From Nymphaea colorata (Eukaryota): a DNA stretch of 64,000 nucleotides. The stretch lies in assembly GCF_008831285.2 (NCBI RefSeq), contig NC_045138.2, positions 13,082,001 to 13,146,000 of the forward strand, given 5' to 3'. The translations under genes were made by a program, and so were the position numbers. This document shows, piece by piece, positions 37,336 to 50,501 of the stretch. The notes below the pieces were generated by a model that saw only the letters and a program-made list of their open reading frames with translations, was not told the origin of the DNA and ran no database searches. How positions within the stretch are numbered: the first letter of the stretch is position 1; each line of letters opens with the position of its first letter.

Positions 37336-38682
37336 ATTTCCTCTGTCTCAGGAGACACAGATCATTAACTGCGTGTATTCAACATAACCCAGACTTAGGG
37401 TTGAGTCTGTCATGGAAGGCCTCTTATCTCTTTTCAAAAGAATTAGTCGATTTTGAATTGTTACATTTTTTAAAAGTTCCATCCGTCGAAGCTGCATTAT
37501 GTCCCTGGGTCTGTCATGGTTTTAGACCAGGTTTGTACTCAGTTTCTTCGTGTCTTGTTAGTCGAATAGATGCTTTAGTTAGGCATTGTACATGTCCATC
37601 ATAGGTCAAGGTCATTGGTTTGATTTGTTTTCATGATCACATTCTCGTTTAGATAGAGTATTTTAGTTTTGTTGAGTTGACCCATTGTTGGTTTGATTTT
37701 CTGGTAGTTCAATTTTTTCTTTTATTGTCTACTTAGTGGTTTTCCAGCATAGTGCTTGTAGTGTTTATTTTTCACTTTCATTGTGAAATGGGTTTGTTTA
37801 GGAGCTTTGTTGACTTAGTTGTTTGATTTTCATTTTTCAATGTATTTACTCGATTCTTTTGATAAATAAAATCTGATCAAGGGGTATGTTGGTTGTTTTG
37901 TTGCATTTTGATAGTCTTTGAATTGCATACTTCATTGCTTAAGTTTTTAGGTTGCTTGGCTGAATATCTATGATGACATTATCATCGCATCTAAGGGGTC
38001 AGCATGTCAACTGCGAGTTTAAGTCTTGCTGTTTTGTGTAATAGTGCATATCTATTTTCATTAGTTTTAGGTTTCTAGAGGTAGGAACTGGAACTACTGA
38101 TGGTGCACTACATTAAGAGTTGAAGGTGAAGAACAACAACAAGGTGGAGGGGAGAAAGTTGTAATTAACAAGTCATCCCTCTCTCTCAAGTCATCCCTCT
38201 CCCGATGCCTCTTGCACTTCCCCTTGTGAGACTACCACCTTCGTTGATTGCTGTGATGAAGGTGTATGGTTTGATGTGTTTGATTGCTGTGACGAAGGTG
38301 TATGGTTTGATGTGGCCGCTGCCGATGGGGTCGGTGTGTTGAAGTTGATGTCCGCTGGTGAAGTTCAAGTCATTGTCAATTCCTCGTTGCCACTGGTTGA
38401 TGGTACGATGATCAACTTTGATGATTACTTTCTGCCTCTCCTTGCAGTTCAGGTATTCTCTTTCCATCTTCTATGGCTTAATTTCTTTGTCACCAGCTCT
38501 ACCATCACTCTTTTAGGTGTAAGCTCTGTTATTCTTGATTTCCCACAAAAATTACATGCATGTGAGACTGTCAAAACTTACCCACTGTTTGTTTGGATGG
38601 AAGGATAGAAATGAATGGATGTAAAGGAAGGAAAAGGAAAGAAAGAGAAAGGAAGGGGATGAGAAGGGAAACGAGAAGAAAG

Positions 38683-40383
38683 GAAAATGAAGGATAGTCC
38701 ACCATCGATCTTTATCTATTCCTTGGTCAAATTTAGGTGTTGAACTCAACTTTATGCCCTATTTCAGAATTTTTGGACCTGAAGATTTGATGTTACAGAT
38801 TTTTTATTAAACTCTGCTACCTGGATGCGTGGAGTTGGAATTTCTAATATTTACCTGATTTTTCCCTAATTTTAGCTTTCTAAAGCTTATTTTGTCTAGT
38901 AAATCATGTCTAGTAAATCATGTGTTAGTCTAGGAATGAGTTTTAGGGTAGGTAACATTGTGAGTGCATGGCCTCTTCTTGACGTGCATGCAAAGGGCGG
39001 ATACCACTGAAAGAAGAAGCTCAAGAAGTGTAGGAGAATCCCAAAGCCATATTTTCAGCCCCTTGAGCATGTAAGCTTAGACCTCACAAGGAGTATTTTG
39101 TGTTTGGAAGAGCTCCTACGGTTGGTGTTGGATAAAATTGAAGTTTAATTGGAGGAAATTTTCACGCACCGAAGGATGTGTGTGTTCATTTTGTTTGATC
39201 ACTGTACATTTTTGCATATGATGCACTGGTGCCATTATTTTGTTTGATCACTGTACATTCTTGCATATGATGCACTGGTGCCATTATGAAGGACAAGCTC
39301 AGGTGTCACAAGGGTTTGAGAAATGACAGAAGGCACAAGGATTTGAGAAACTACCGGCCTACACAAGGATTCGAGAAACGACAGGCCTTCTCACACTAGG
39401 TCTCTTTTGTTGGCAAGTTTTATGAGACGTGAACTCTCTAAGAAGTCAAGTTTTATAACATGTTTAATGAAGAGACTCTCTAGAACTAGCCCCTTGATCA
39501 TGTGAGAGGATGAAGCCCATGTTAACCCTCTTAGGGAGTATTTTGGGCTTAAAGAACTCCTGCAGTTGGCCACCATCGAGATGCTGTTGACCTCAGAAAT
39601 CTTCACGCTCCATAGATACCCTTGGAGACTTTAGGGTTACACAAAAACTTAATGAGGCTTACCTCTGGGTGAGACTCTTCTTCTGGCCTAACTTAGAGTT
39701 GGGAGAGTGCATCGGTTAATTGCTTACATTGCTGCCCCCTATAATGGATGCTGAAGCAGAAGTTCAGTTTGCTGCACATTAAGCCTTAGTTGATGCTCTC
39801 GAGGCTTACAATTCGTCCTAGAGACATTACATAGTAAAGATGAATAGCAATCCTATAGTGAGAGAGTCAGAAACGTCGTATTGGATTCTTTAAAGAACAA
39901 GGGGATGAGAAGCTAAAGGAAAATGAAGGAAAGTCCACCATCCACCTTTATCTATTTTTTGGTCAAAGTTAGGTATTGAACTCAACTTTACACCCTCAAA
40001 ATTTCAGAACTTTTGGACCTGATGATTTGATGTTATAGAATTTAAAATTTTTATTAAACTCTGGTTTCTGCTACCTGGGTGCTTGGAGTTGGAATTTCTG
40101 ATATTTACCTGATTTTTCCCTAATTCTAGCAATCTAAAGCTTATTTTGTCTAGTTCAAATCCCTCTCTTGGTGTATAAATCTAGGAATGAGCTTTAGGGT
40201 AGGTAACATCATGGGTGGGTGGCTTCTCCTTGAAGTGCATGTGAGGGGCGGGAGACCACTGAAAGAGGAAGCTCGAGAAGTGTAGGAGAATCCCAAAGCT
40301 GTATTTGTGAGAGGTGATGACCTGGTAAGGAGTATTTTGTGCTTCAAGAACTCCTATGGTTGGTGTTGGATAAAATTGAAGTT
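38683..40383 (+). repeat. ~460-bp direct repeats (38683-39145 and 39920-40383), 1.24 kb apart
   Basis: GAAAATGAAGGA(T/A)AGTCCACCATC..GGTTGGTGTTGGATAAAATTGAAGTT is present in both, moderately diverged. Confidence 0.85.
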
Positions 40384-40384
40384 G

Positions 40385-40715
40385 AAACGGGTTGGAGACG
40401 TGTGCGGTTTCAAGAATCGGGTTGGAGAGGTAGAACCAGGTTGGAGAGGTCGAACAGAGTTGGAGAGGCATTAGAGATTCTAGGAACTGGTTGGGGAGGC
40501 ATCTCAGTTTCAAGTACCGGGTTGGGAGTTATCTCGGTTTCAAAAACAATATCTGGATTTCAAAAATCAGGTTGGGGAGGCATCTAAGTATCAAGAACCG
40601 GGTTGGATTGGGGATGCATCTCGGTTTCACTACAACAAATAACAAATATATGCGGTTTGGGTTGAGGATGCATCTCAGTTTCACTACAACATGTAACAAA
40701 TATATGCGGTTTCAA
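40385..40715. repeat. Degenerate minisatellite (GGGTTGG..GCATCTCRGTTTCA units)
   Basis: Recurrent GGTTGGAGAG/GGTTGGGGAGGCATCTCAGTTTCA motifs, ending in a ~59-bp doublet. Confidence 0.75.
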
Positions 40716-40861
40716 AAGTGATTCCTCCGTTAGACATGCCTGACTAGCCTATCAGGATGCAGTTTTTATTGTTAGGGAATTTGAAAATAATGAGCACGTA
40801 AATCGATGGCGGTACCTTTTCCATTTTATGCATCAAGAGCAAAATTGTTTACATTTGTTTG

Positions 40862-42709
40862 TGTAGCACCCTGTCCGTTGCTATGCCGAGCTCGCTCGGC
40901 GGAAGAACAGCAGTAGCTGAGTAGGGGTTGGTGGCCTCCAAAGGCCCTCTGCTGGCTGAGAGAGTGTGGACGAGCAGCTCAGCCGAAATGGTTCTCCTCG
41001 TAGCAAGTAAGTTACAGAGAAATCAAGTCATGAGGGAGAAACAGGTGCACTTCACCGGCTGGACAGATTTCCCGTTGAGATCAAACGGGAGGTGTCTCTC
41101 TCAGCTACTCCCCCACAGGGTCTCTGCGAGGAAGGCAGGAGTAGAGGATGGACAAGGGAGGCTCGGGAACAGGGAAGGCCGCACCCCAGTTGGACTCTTG
41201 CTGCAGGAGAATAATATAAACTGAGATAAGTTTTTGTCTGGAGACGTTACCAATCAGTCGGGGGAGGCCGCAGCACTGCTTCCGTTGCTCCCCAGTTGGA
41301 CTCTCGCTGGGACGATTGCAGAGAATAATATAAACTAAGATAAGTTTTTGTCTGGAGACCTTACCAATCGGTCGGTCGAGAGTCCCAGCAATAGATGTCT
41401 GGGGAAGCAGAGGATTCACGACTGCGCTCCCTCGTTCAGATGCCCCAGGAAACAGGGTTAGAGAGGGTGGCCGGAAGTTTGGATCTCCCTGGAAAATCTT
41501 GCAGGGAGAGGACACTTGTAGAATTAGCGTCTGATTTTTGAATGGAAGTGGTGGAGCAGAGGAAGATGGCAGAATAGGATCGGAAATCGCTTGATTCCGG
41601 CAAACTCGGGCACCGGTTCCAGTTGACCGTTGGATGCGCAACTTTCGGGCGATGCTACAGGTCTTTGAAGTTTCAGACGGTGGTCGGGTTGCCTGCGACG
41701 GGTCTCAGAGGCAGAAGGCGGAGGGACTTGGATCAATTCCGACATGCTCCGGCAACGGTTCCGGGCGAGGTTGGGCTTGTTGGATCCGACACTAACCCAT
41801 GGTGCTGTTTGAGCAGTTTGAGGGCCAGCGGAAACCCGCGTCGGCGGTGGTGTGCAGTTAAATCAGGGGCGTTGGAAATCTTACTATTCCGGTCGGTGGG
41901 GACTTCCTTCGACGACAAGATATGGCTCGATGGAACCGCAGCGAGTCGGGGAGAGTCGGGGATTCTGTATCCGGTGACGTGAGCTTACTGATGGAAAGGA
42001 GAACCTTGATTATGATGGGGAGCGGTGCGAGTGCCTCAAAATGCAAGACCAAAAATTTTGGGGGCTTCTGCAAGAGGTAACCTCGCTGCCAAGGGCATCC
42101 ACGAGTCTCATTGGGAAGGGTTTGCGGCCATTGGTGCAGTCACAGCAGAAATACAACAGCTTGCAAGAGGGACGAACCACCAAGTGCACCGCACACGGCC
42201 GAATGGGCCTAATCCTCAGCAGCAAGAAGAGGGGCAACAAGGCGGGCTGAGGCCGAGTTAGGGGAGGGCAGAGGGCACGTTGGAGAGAGGAAGTTGGAGA
42301 GGAAGAGACACGATCTAGGTGATTTCCTTGCAGGTGCCAGCATAGTTGCATGCGGGCCACGCAAGTGGCACCGACGAAGGACTCGGTTCCATAGCGTGTC
42401 GAACCAAGTCGACGCCAAAAACCCGAATAGACCTGGTTCAGCGGCCGACTCAAACAAACTGAGTGGATCTGGGTCCCATACCGAATCCCCCGAAAATGTC
42501 CAGAGCCCCTAGGTCCAGTAACCCATGACTCGCCTCGGACCCAACCCGACTCGGCATTTTTGTGTGTCTCGCCTCGGTCTTCCATCGCATCCCCACCTGT
42601 CGCTGTGGCCGAGTCTCCTCTTGCTCGGCGTGTCCCGCCTTGGGACTCAACCGTGTCCCGACCAAGTGTCCTAGCATCTTGTCCAAGGAAAGACTCGGCC
42701 AGGGCGACA
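40862..42709 (-). mobile_element. GC-rich LTR-retrotransposon-derived segment (solo-LTR-like or fragment)
   Basis: A sharp GC-rich block bounded by TGTAGCACCCTG (40862) and CAGGGCGACA (42709), imperfect TG..CA inverted termini typical of LTRs. It has an internal ~105-bp doublet (41184-41375). No target-site duplication was found. Confidence 0.45.
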
Positions 42710-42839
42710 CGTGGGGATAATTCTCTCTTTTATGTTTGTTTGTCTTGTAATCTTTTATTTCTCATGCAGGTTCACAAAAATGGTTTGCCTTTTAAGGACG
42801 GACGAGGATCTGAAATTGCTGCGAACTAAATCGAAGATT

Positions 42840-44369
42840 GTTTTTTTCTTGGGTTTTTGGCTGTCGGCAACACATTGTCATGGTCAATATTTTGACAATG
42901 ACGGCCATGGTTACTTATCCTGCTTCTCTCTTCACTAGCTTCAAGAACGGGACCATTCAAATCAAACATCTATCTGGTGAGATGCGTGATCAGCAAGCTG
43001 TATTAGGGCCATTGGGGGCAACTCTCTCTCGTTTGTCTCTTAATTAGACGCATACTAGCCTGAAATTACCTCCAATTTTAGACCCATTGATCAGGGAAGC
43101 GGGCTCATTGTTGGGTGTCTCAAACTCTGCTAGTCGAATGTAAATATCGTCAACACTTCCATCAGACAACTGTTGTAGATCGAAAATGTCTCCTTTCCAC
43201 AGGGAACACTTGCTGTGCTGATAAGAACAGGCTGTCCATGAGGAAGCTTTCAAGCAAGCCGATCTACAGCCCTCGGTGGTTTTTGCTACTGTTACAACAC
43301 TGGGATTGGAAGGACGCCTCATCCCCGTCTGCAAGGCAAACTGGTGGGTTTCGCAGCCCAACTTTTTCTTCCTGCTGCACCTTCCAGACCAATCGTTTAG
43401 CTCCCAATCTGTAAAAGATGCAGGCTCGAACCCGCTGAGGCACTTGCAGTGGTTCAATCTGATCTCCCTATGACAAACCCCAAAAGCTCCACAGAGGCCA
43501 TAGACACTAGAGATTTGATCCTCTGCGGGCCCAACCCAGAAATGTAACGACTGTACTTTACCCTTCGCTCATATGAATAGCTTGTCCGGTCCCCTGTAAT
43601 CGACCACGTACCTAAAAGATGTGGCGTTTTCCACTTTCTTTTTACTATGTAAGTGAAATAACTTTGATTTTCGTTTCAGGTAAATGGAAAGTCGATGGGC
43701 GAGCCTCTCATCTCAGGCATTTTTCCCGACAATATGACCATCCCAAAGGCCAGTTGTCCAGTACTGCTGGGTCCTGTTCCAGAGTAGAAGGGTATGGGCT
43801 GTTCCATTTGGGTCGATTTCTAGAGAGTATAGCCGAAGATGGATCCTGTAAATTTCTGCATGAAGTAAGCGCGTGATTGTACTTGCTTGCCTTGTTCAGT
43901 CCTAGGGGCTGACCAGGCAGCCAACTACCTGTGGGGTGGCTGTCCATGCAACTCTGTTATAAGAGCTCCCTTGATCTCTCAACTCAAGGTTGCCATTGTC
44001 TAGAAGAACGGCAGCTCTTGAAGATGGGGTTGCAGTCAGGTTGGTAGACGCCTGAATGACCAAGTCCCCATCCCTTGAGATCTTGAACTCTGCCTTGCTG
44101 TCTAGGAGAGGACCATCCCTGTTGGCAACCCACTGCAGGTTGTCGACTGATACTTTCTTGTACCAGATGCCTATATAATGTCGTCTGGTGCGGTCGCCAA
44201 GTGAGAAATAAACGAGTCCAAAGATCGCATCTGATGAAATGATAGTTTGGTTTCCATTGAGAGATTGTCCCTCTGCCGAAGAATGCAGATGGGCATGTGA
44301 TAGGCAGTAAAAGAGCAAGAAACAGAGGAGGATTCTCAGCCATGGCTGCAGCAACAATTATGCACCCAT
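42840..44369 (-). pseudogene. G-type lectin S-receptor-like kinase pseudogene, ectodomain (signal peptide, B-lectin, SLG, EGF, PAN) and TM remnant
   Basis: ATG at 44369 has an in-frame TAA at codon 4. Then a hydrophobic leader, YIGIWYKKV..WVANRD..AVLLDNGNLEL, a frameshift to HPTGSWLPG, VYGLCGAFGVC, CKCLSGFEP..DWSGRCSR, CRSACL..CSLWKGDIFDLQQL..DIYIRLA. A phase-1 donor G|GTAATT lies at 43070, and a hydrophobic VTMAVIVKILTMTMCCRQ remnant at ~42840-42938. Multiple stops and frameshifts. Confidence 0.92.
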
Positions 44370-45669
44370 TAGGCCACTCCATTTTCTGGAGATTTTCATA
44401 TCAAAAGATGTTGGGGCCGCTCGATGAACAGAACAGTCATAAGGAAGCAAGAAGCGAAGTAGAGGAATGGCATGTGCATCAAAAAAAAGGAAAATTACGA
44501 GTGAGTAAATCGACAAAAAAGAGTAAAACTGTGGTGCTCTACACCATTTAAAAATTCTTTTTTTTGCTGGCTTTTGGTTTCTCCCCTCAATTGGGACAAA
44601 TTAATATATCCCCTAACCCTGCATATATAACAACTTTGAATGTATCTCCACTCCCAGTTCTACGATATGTGGCCGTACAGTAAGGGAGATGCAATGGAAG
44701 GACTGTTCCAATGAAAAAGGAAGAGAACTTCAAAGTGACATTTAAGCTGACTCGGCTGAGGATCTGAATATGAACAAAATTGAAGTAACTCATACAACAG
44801 CAATGTCATTTGCTTGCTCCCTCATTGGCATTGGCCGTTGTACTGGCAAGTGCATAGCCAATTGCAGGGTCAAAGGCGTTATTGGCGCTGGAGGTATAAC
44901 TTTAGACATTGTGGCAGAATGCAAGGCCTCCATTTTACAATGGGGTGTCAATTTTGCTGCACCTAAACACAGACCAGAAATATGTGGCATGCAGCGCTTG
45001 TTGGGTAATAATTTACATCACGCAGATAGGGAGTAATTTGAATTAGGACGTATCTATTTACATCACACCGACAGAATAATAACTCTTTCAAACTTCAAGT
45101 TTCATGATACAACTAATGCCTACTGAATAGACCTAAAGTTCTAGCCCTAATTTTTCAATTGTACTCTGTTTTCTACCCATCCTTGACTGCAAACATTTTC
45201 ACCTCAGGATAACAAAGATCAAGCTTTAGACAGCTAACACAAGCTGCAGCACCTATATCTTTGCGTTTTTCAGCTTGTTTACCAGCCCTGAGCATATACC
45301 ACTCTTTGCGGCTGATTCAGCTTATCACATCAAAAGGCGTAAACCATTGTCAAGAGTATTGTTCTAGTTATAACAGTAGAGGATTTTCTCAGTGGCAAAG
45401 TTGTTCTTTTCGGGAGAGCAAATCTGAATTATTTTTTTTTAAAAGAAAAATATTCTAAAAATTAAGTAAAAATAAAAATAAAATACAAAATAATGAATTT
45501 AACGTGCAATCCGTGATGATATTAACGTCAAAAAGAGAAACGAAAAACATGGGAAAAAACAGGTTAAATCATTTTTTTAACATTAACATCATTTCTCTGG
45601 AAAAAACATTGTATCTGTGACAATGGAGTAAACTTCAATGCGTTTATCAATGGACGGCAACTCTCGTAT

Positions 45670-45884
45670 GGGGCCATATCGTACAATACGTATCGTCGCG
45701 TTTAAAAAATGCGATACAATACAGCACTTGTATCGTACAACTACGATACAGGCACTGTATCGTATCGTATGATACGGTTACGATACGATACAAGTACGAT
45801 ATAGTAATTTTTATTGATTTTTTACGATACAGGGTATCTTAAAACCAAACCGATACGGCTTACGATACGCTTTTTACAACATTG
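45670..45884. mobile_element. hAT/MITE-like remnant with (CGATA/TATCG)n subterminal repeats
   Basis: Dense TACGATAC/GTATCGTA motifs in both orientations, ending in TTTTTACAACATTG at 45884. Confidence 0.55.
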
Positions 45885-46349
45885 CTCTGCACCACTAGGT
45901 TTGGGATAAAAGAAACTAACCTCAAGGCCATGAGAATTTTTGCATAAAGTGACATATGAATACTTACCTGTGAACTCACAAATTTTGTCTATCGCAGCAT
46001 TAGAGCTGGGTTGAAGCTTCCTCTTGGTTAGTTTGTTTGTCTGGTTTGGATTTGTAATGTTGTTGGCATGTTTGAGAGCTGTGTTGATGAGTTGTTGCAT
46101 GTGGGGAATAGCTGATGCATATTTTTCCTTGGTTAATTTCTTCATGAAATTTATGGATATCCGGTATCCTGTTGAGGAAAATAGCAGTACCATGTTTGCT
46201 TGTAATTGCTTCTAGATATTTTGGGCTTTCTCTCCTCACTGCATGTTATTACTGTACGACTGGAGCTGCATTTTTAGTATCTTGTCCTGAACTAGCTGAT
46301 GACAACTTGGTTCAAAGACCTCCTTTGCTGGGTATGCTGCAGTTAAAGA

Positions 46350-46480
46350 CAATGTTGTAAGGCACACACCTCATGCAAAAAAATTGTGACAAGAGGCATT
46401 TTTTCCAAAAAACCTTGAGGCACAGTTATGAGGCACATGCCTCATGGACGGAGCACTGATATAATTTTTTTATTTTAAAA
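46350..46480. mobile_element. hAT/MITE-like remnant with AGGCAC..CCTCA motifs
   Basis: Starts CAATGTTGTAA (reverse complement of the terminus at 45874-45884), followed by repeated GAGGCAC/CCTCAT motifs. Confidence 0.4.
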
Positions 46481-48164
46481 AATGCAAAACTGGTCGGGCA
46501 GGGGAAGGCCCCACCTGATGGTGTCCATTATTCACCATTCATGTTGAATAGTGAATACACAAAGCCACCCTAATCCTTTTCAATCAATCCCTAACCCCCT
46601 TCTCTTGATCCTTAATCCCCATTGCATCCTTCACCGGCAAATTTGGAGTGGAGGCTGAAACTGCTGCTAGTGGAGCCACCACCGGATTCATACCTCCCAG
46701 CTGCCCTCCTCTCTCTGTGTGGCCATGGCCGGTGCTGGCCATGGCAACCCTCTCACTCTCACGGTGGCCATGGCCCATAAAGAATTTGACCCATAAACTA
46801 TCTTTCCTCATGCTTCTCAGTATTGCAATTTGTCCTTTAAGCTGCAAGTTTTTCAGATATGTCGCCACCGACAAGCTTGGATGCATCTGCATAACAACAT
46901 AAGGTTAATCTTTAATAATGACCTCAATCTGCCCTTCGTCAGCAGTACAAATTGTAGGATGGCTGGCTGTGACCCTTGTGTTCACACTAGAGAGGAACAC
47001 AGATGACTACATCAAATAAAAAATAATAATAAGCCCATATTTACAGAATAACAGTAATTATGAAACTAGGGGAACATATCCTAAGAATCTAACGTGAATT
47101 GCATAGTTCACTCTTGTATGAAGATAAAACAATTTGTAGTAACTTCCAAAATATTATTTACATAGTGTGGAGAGAGAGAGAGAGAGAAAGGCTAATTCTG
47201 CAGTAGGTGTATACAAGCACTTAATGCCAAAGGAGTGCATTTTATATGGTTAAGTTTGCCATTTGAGAAGATTAGAATAGTAATTCCTATCAGGATGAAA
47301 CAAAACAAAAGTGAAACTGCTCCTTTCCTGAACTTGAGTTCTTTATCGTCATTTATTTTTAACTCATGATAAAATTACGAGATGTCTGATTACATTCATA
47401 TTTTCATGATGCTATGCTGGATAAAATCAAGTTATGATGGAATAACAAAAAAATGCTCAAGTTCTTATTTCTTTCTTTCATTTAACTGCCTAAATTACAT
47501 AGGAAACAGGTGGTTACATGAAAGAAATTCAAACTTAAAGCATTTGTTATGTTACCAATACTTGAGCATGCTTTTTGTTAAAAAAAAAAAAAGGTTGGTG
47601 GAATTCTAAAATTAAAACTGTCAAATTTTGTGAGGACAAGAGAAATGAAGCTGCAAGCCTTCTTTAAGAATTTGTTATTCAACTCAAGGAAGACAAACTT
47701 TTGCTCACAGGTGAAATTTGGAAAATTAGAACATGGAACATGCACCTTCAGTCTCAATTATCCTACACTTTGAGCAGCATAGTATGAACTCTACAGAATG
47801 GTGAATCTGCCCATACCTGAATGTGTTCAGATCTTCAATTGCTTGCAACTTCGCTGAGCTTTTTGTACATATGCATGTTTCAATATGCTTATATTATTGT
47901 TCAGCAATACTTGTTCTCTTGGTTGATATTATTATCGTTAGAAGTTGGAACATTTTAATTTTTAAGTGTTTAGGACATATGTTTGGATTTACAAATTGTT
48001 GTGGTTTGCACACGTTTTGTATTGTTCTTTATTGGTATGCTTAGTATTGTTCTTTCAACCCACCCTAAAATCCTTCCCATCTGGGAGTTTACCCAGCCCA
48101 ACGCATTACTAGCATTCCTGATATTGATTCGACCTACAAGCACATGCAAAAACCAAGGTTAGAA

Positions 48165-48640
48165 GGCATACAAAATAGCTCATAAATCATCAGTTTAAAT
48201 CATAAGCTAGAGTGCTCGTGTTGTGAAAATGATATGTCCTTCATTTACCCTCAGTACCATACAAGCATCAGGATGCATTTCGCATCAATATTGTTGAATC
48301 TCTAGAAGGGATGTCTTTCAATTTCCAAAATATGAACATAAAGGAACCATTCTCCACATCTTAGAAAATCGAAAAGAGGAGTAGATATTGACCCAAGGAT
48401 TGCACGTCACTGCATTCAATTCCTCTGAGTTCAACCTAAATGCCATTCATCTCATGGCACACCTTTTTTTGTTTTTCTTGCTTTTTTTTTTCTTTTGCAT
48501 TGAGCTTTTTGCCTTTTTCTTTTTCTTTTTTTTCTTTCTTGCTCTTGTTTTTTTTAGGCTGACCTTCACATTTGAGGGAATACCTCACCACCCCAAAGGG
48601 CAAAGACTACTAGGGAGCTCTACCACTTTGGTGGTGATGT
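48165..48640 (-). mobile_element. Dispersed repeat family, inverted partial copy
   Basis: Reverse complement of part of 35950-37335 / 53755-55132. ORF 48388-48642 (+) FFRLTFTFEGIPHHPKG matches ORF 36687-36914 (-) FSRLTFTFEGIPRHPKG. Confidence 0.7.
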
Positions 48641-50501
48641 GAATCTCACCGTTGTTCATTAAGATCCATGGTGCTCCCAGATCTACAGCGAAAGAGACAC
48701 ACTCTTATTGATAGACTGAGCTTTGCTTTGAATCTATTTAATTTTAACTCTTGCTCAACAAACATATGCTGGTTCGACAGTTTTATTCTTGATGCTTGTA
48801 TGGCTATTTTCTCTCCTTTCTAGATTGTTTGGTTATTCATATTTTAGATGCAACGGATGCCTAGAACATGACAAGGCTTTCTTCATGCACTCAATGGTAG
48901 ACTTGGGAAAAGGATGAACACCCTCTCGGTGCCACTAGAACTAGTGTGTTGTATTTCACAGGCAGATTTTTCTGACAAAAAATCATATCTAAAATGGCAG
49001 AAAAGGCAGGTTTGTGGTCTGTAGATTCTTCATGCTGTAGTTGGGAGTGAACTTTTGCTTTTTCTGTTTTTCTTTAGTAGTTAAATATACTACAAGAGGA
49101 CTTCTACACCATCCTGCGATGCCATATGTTGAGTCAGACTGTCCTTTTGGCAAAGATTGAAGAATCTGAGGTATTGCCCCTGCACTTGCTGAAAGGCCTG
49201 CAGGTGGTGATCTTATAGGTGATGTCTATCACTAGGCAGATGGTTACCATCTTCATGTCAAATTATATGAGAAGCTGCTATTTAGTGTTTTTGTCATATT
49301 GGACGAGTGAAATTGTTGGCAACGGTTAGCTAGGGGATACATTAATTTGTCTGTCAAGCGAAATGAATTGTGGGGAGAAAATTTATTTTTACAAGGATGG
49401 ATTGTTAAGAATGGTGCGGAGCACCAACGGTCACGTTTTTGGCCCCCTTTGAATGATTGAGGGAACAAACGAGGTTTTGCACATAAATCAGGTTTTTTGA
49501 GAAATTAGATTTGCAAATAACTTGAACTTAACTCTTTCTTTTTGAATTTCAAAATTTGGGTTTGCAAACAAAAAAGAAAGGTAGACTCTAGTCAATTCAG
49601 TTTCTATTTAATATATTGGCAGTCTATAAAAGAAAGGTAGATCCTTTTCCTGCGTTTTGGTGAAGGTTGTGCAAATTGGTATAGGCATGATATCATTCTG
49701 ATCACTGGTGGCCGGAAAATGGTGGAGCTTCTCCCCCACTGTGAAGTGAATTAGATGGAAAGGGTGAAAACATTGCCCTCTCTCCCTGAAGTTTGAGAAA
49801 CCTGATCTTCTTATCATATCAGCTAAGAGAACGGGAAAGTATGATTTTATATAAAAAATTGGTTTGACTCTTGAAACCAAAATTTCAACCTGATTCCAGA
49901 TGCGTTAGGCCTTTTCAAACCTCACGTAATCACTTAAAGGTAATAACATAATCAAAGTTCATTTAGCCTAAGTTGAAAATCTTTTGCCTACCCAAACCTG
50001 GACCTACTTGTAATTCAATTCCCGCATGGGACTTTGTGCAAAGCCTAGTTTACCTTAATAACAGTAATAATATCAAAATGTGACCAGACCAAGTCAAATT
50101 CAATGCAAAATTAAAATGGGTTTACTCAATTTTCACCATATTCTCTTTCATATATGATTATATTTCAGTACAATGAGTTAAATTTATGTACCATAAGGCC
50201 TCGATTTGAAGCTTTTGAGTATTTTCAAACCTAAATAATCAATTACTTGGACATTAGGGATATGATATGATTTATGTAATCAATATTGCTCCTTATCCAA
50301 GCATATCGGCTGATAATTAAGCATTGTATTAGCCCCTATTGATATGATAAAAGACAGTACTAGTTCTTTTTTATTATTTATCTTTTTGTTTGTCATTGAA
50401 TTTGAAATATTTTGGATTTTTTTTCAACTTATGAAGCAAAAAAAAAAAAAAGGTGATAGGCTTTAATCTTATTTAACAAAACATTTCGGCCTTAATCTTA
50501 T

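Noticed and set aside
40928..42829. Many overlapping 60-190-aa ORFs
   Set aside because: Expected in GC-rich DNA; they occur in all frames and carry no conserved motifs.
44790..46990. Named gene call for coding-like minus-strand stretches
   Set aside because: Interrupted by stops, and no family could be recognised.
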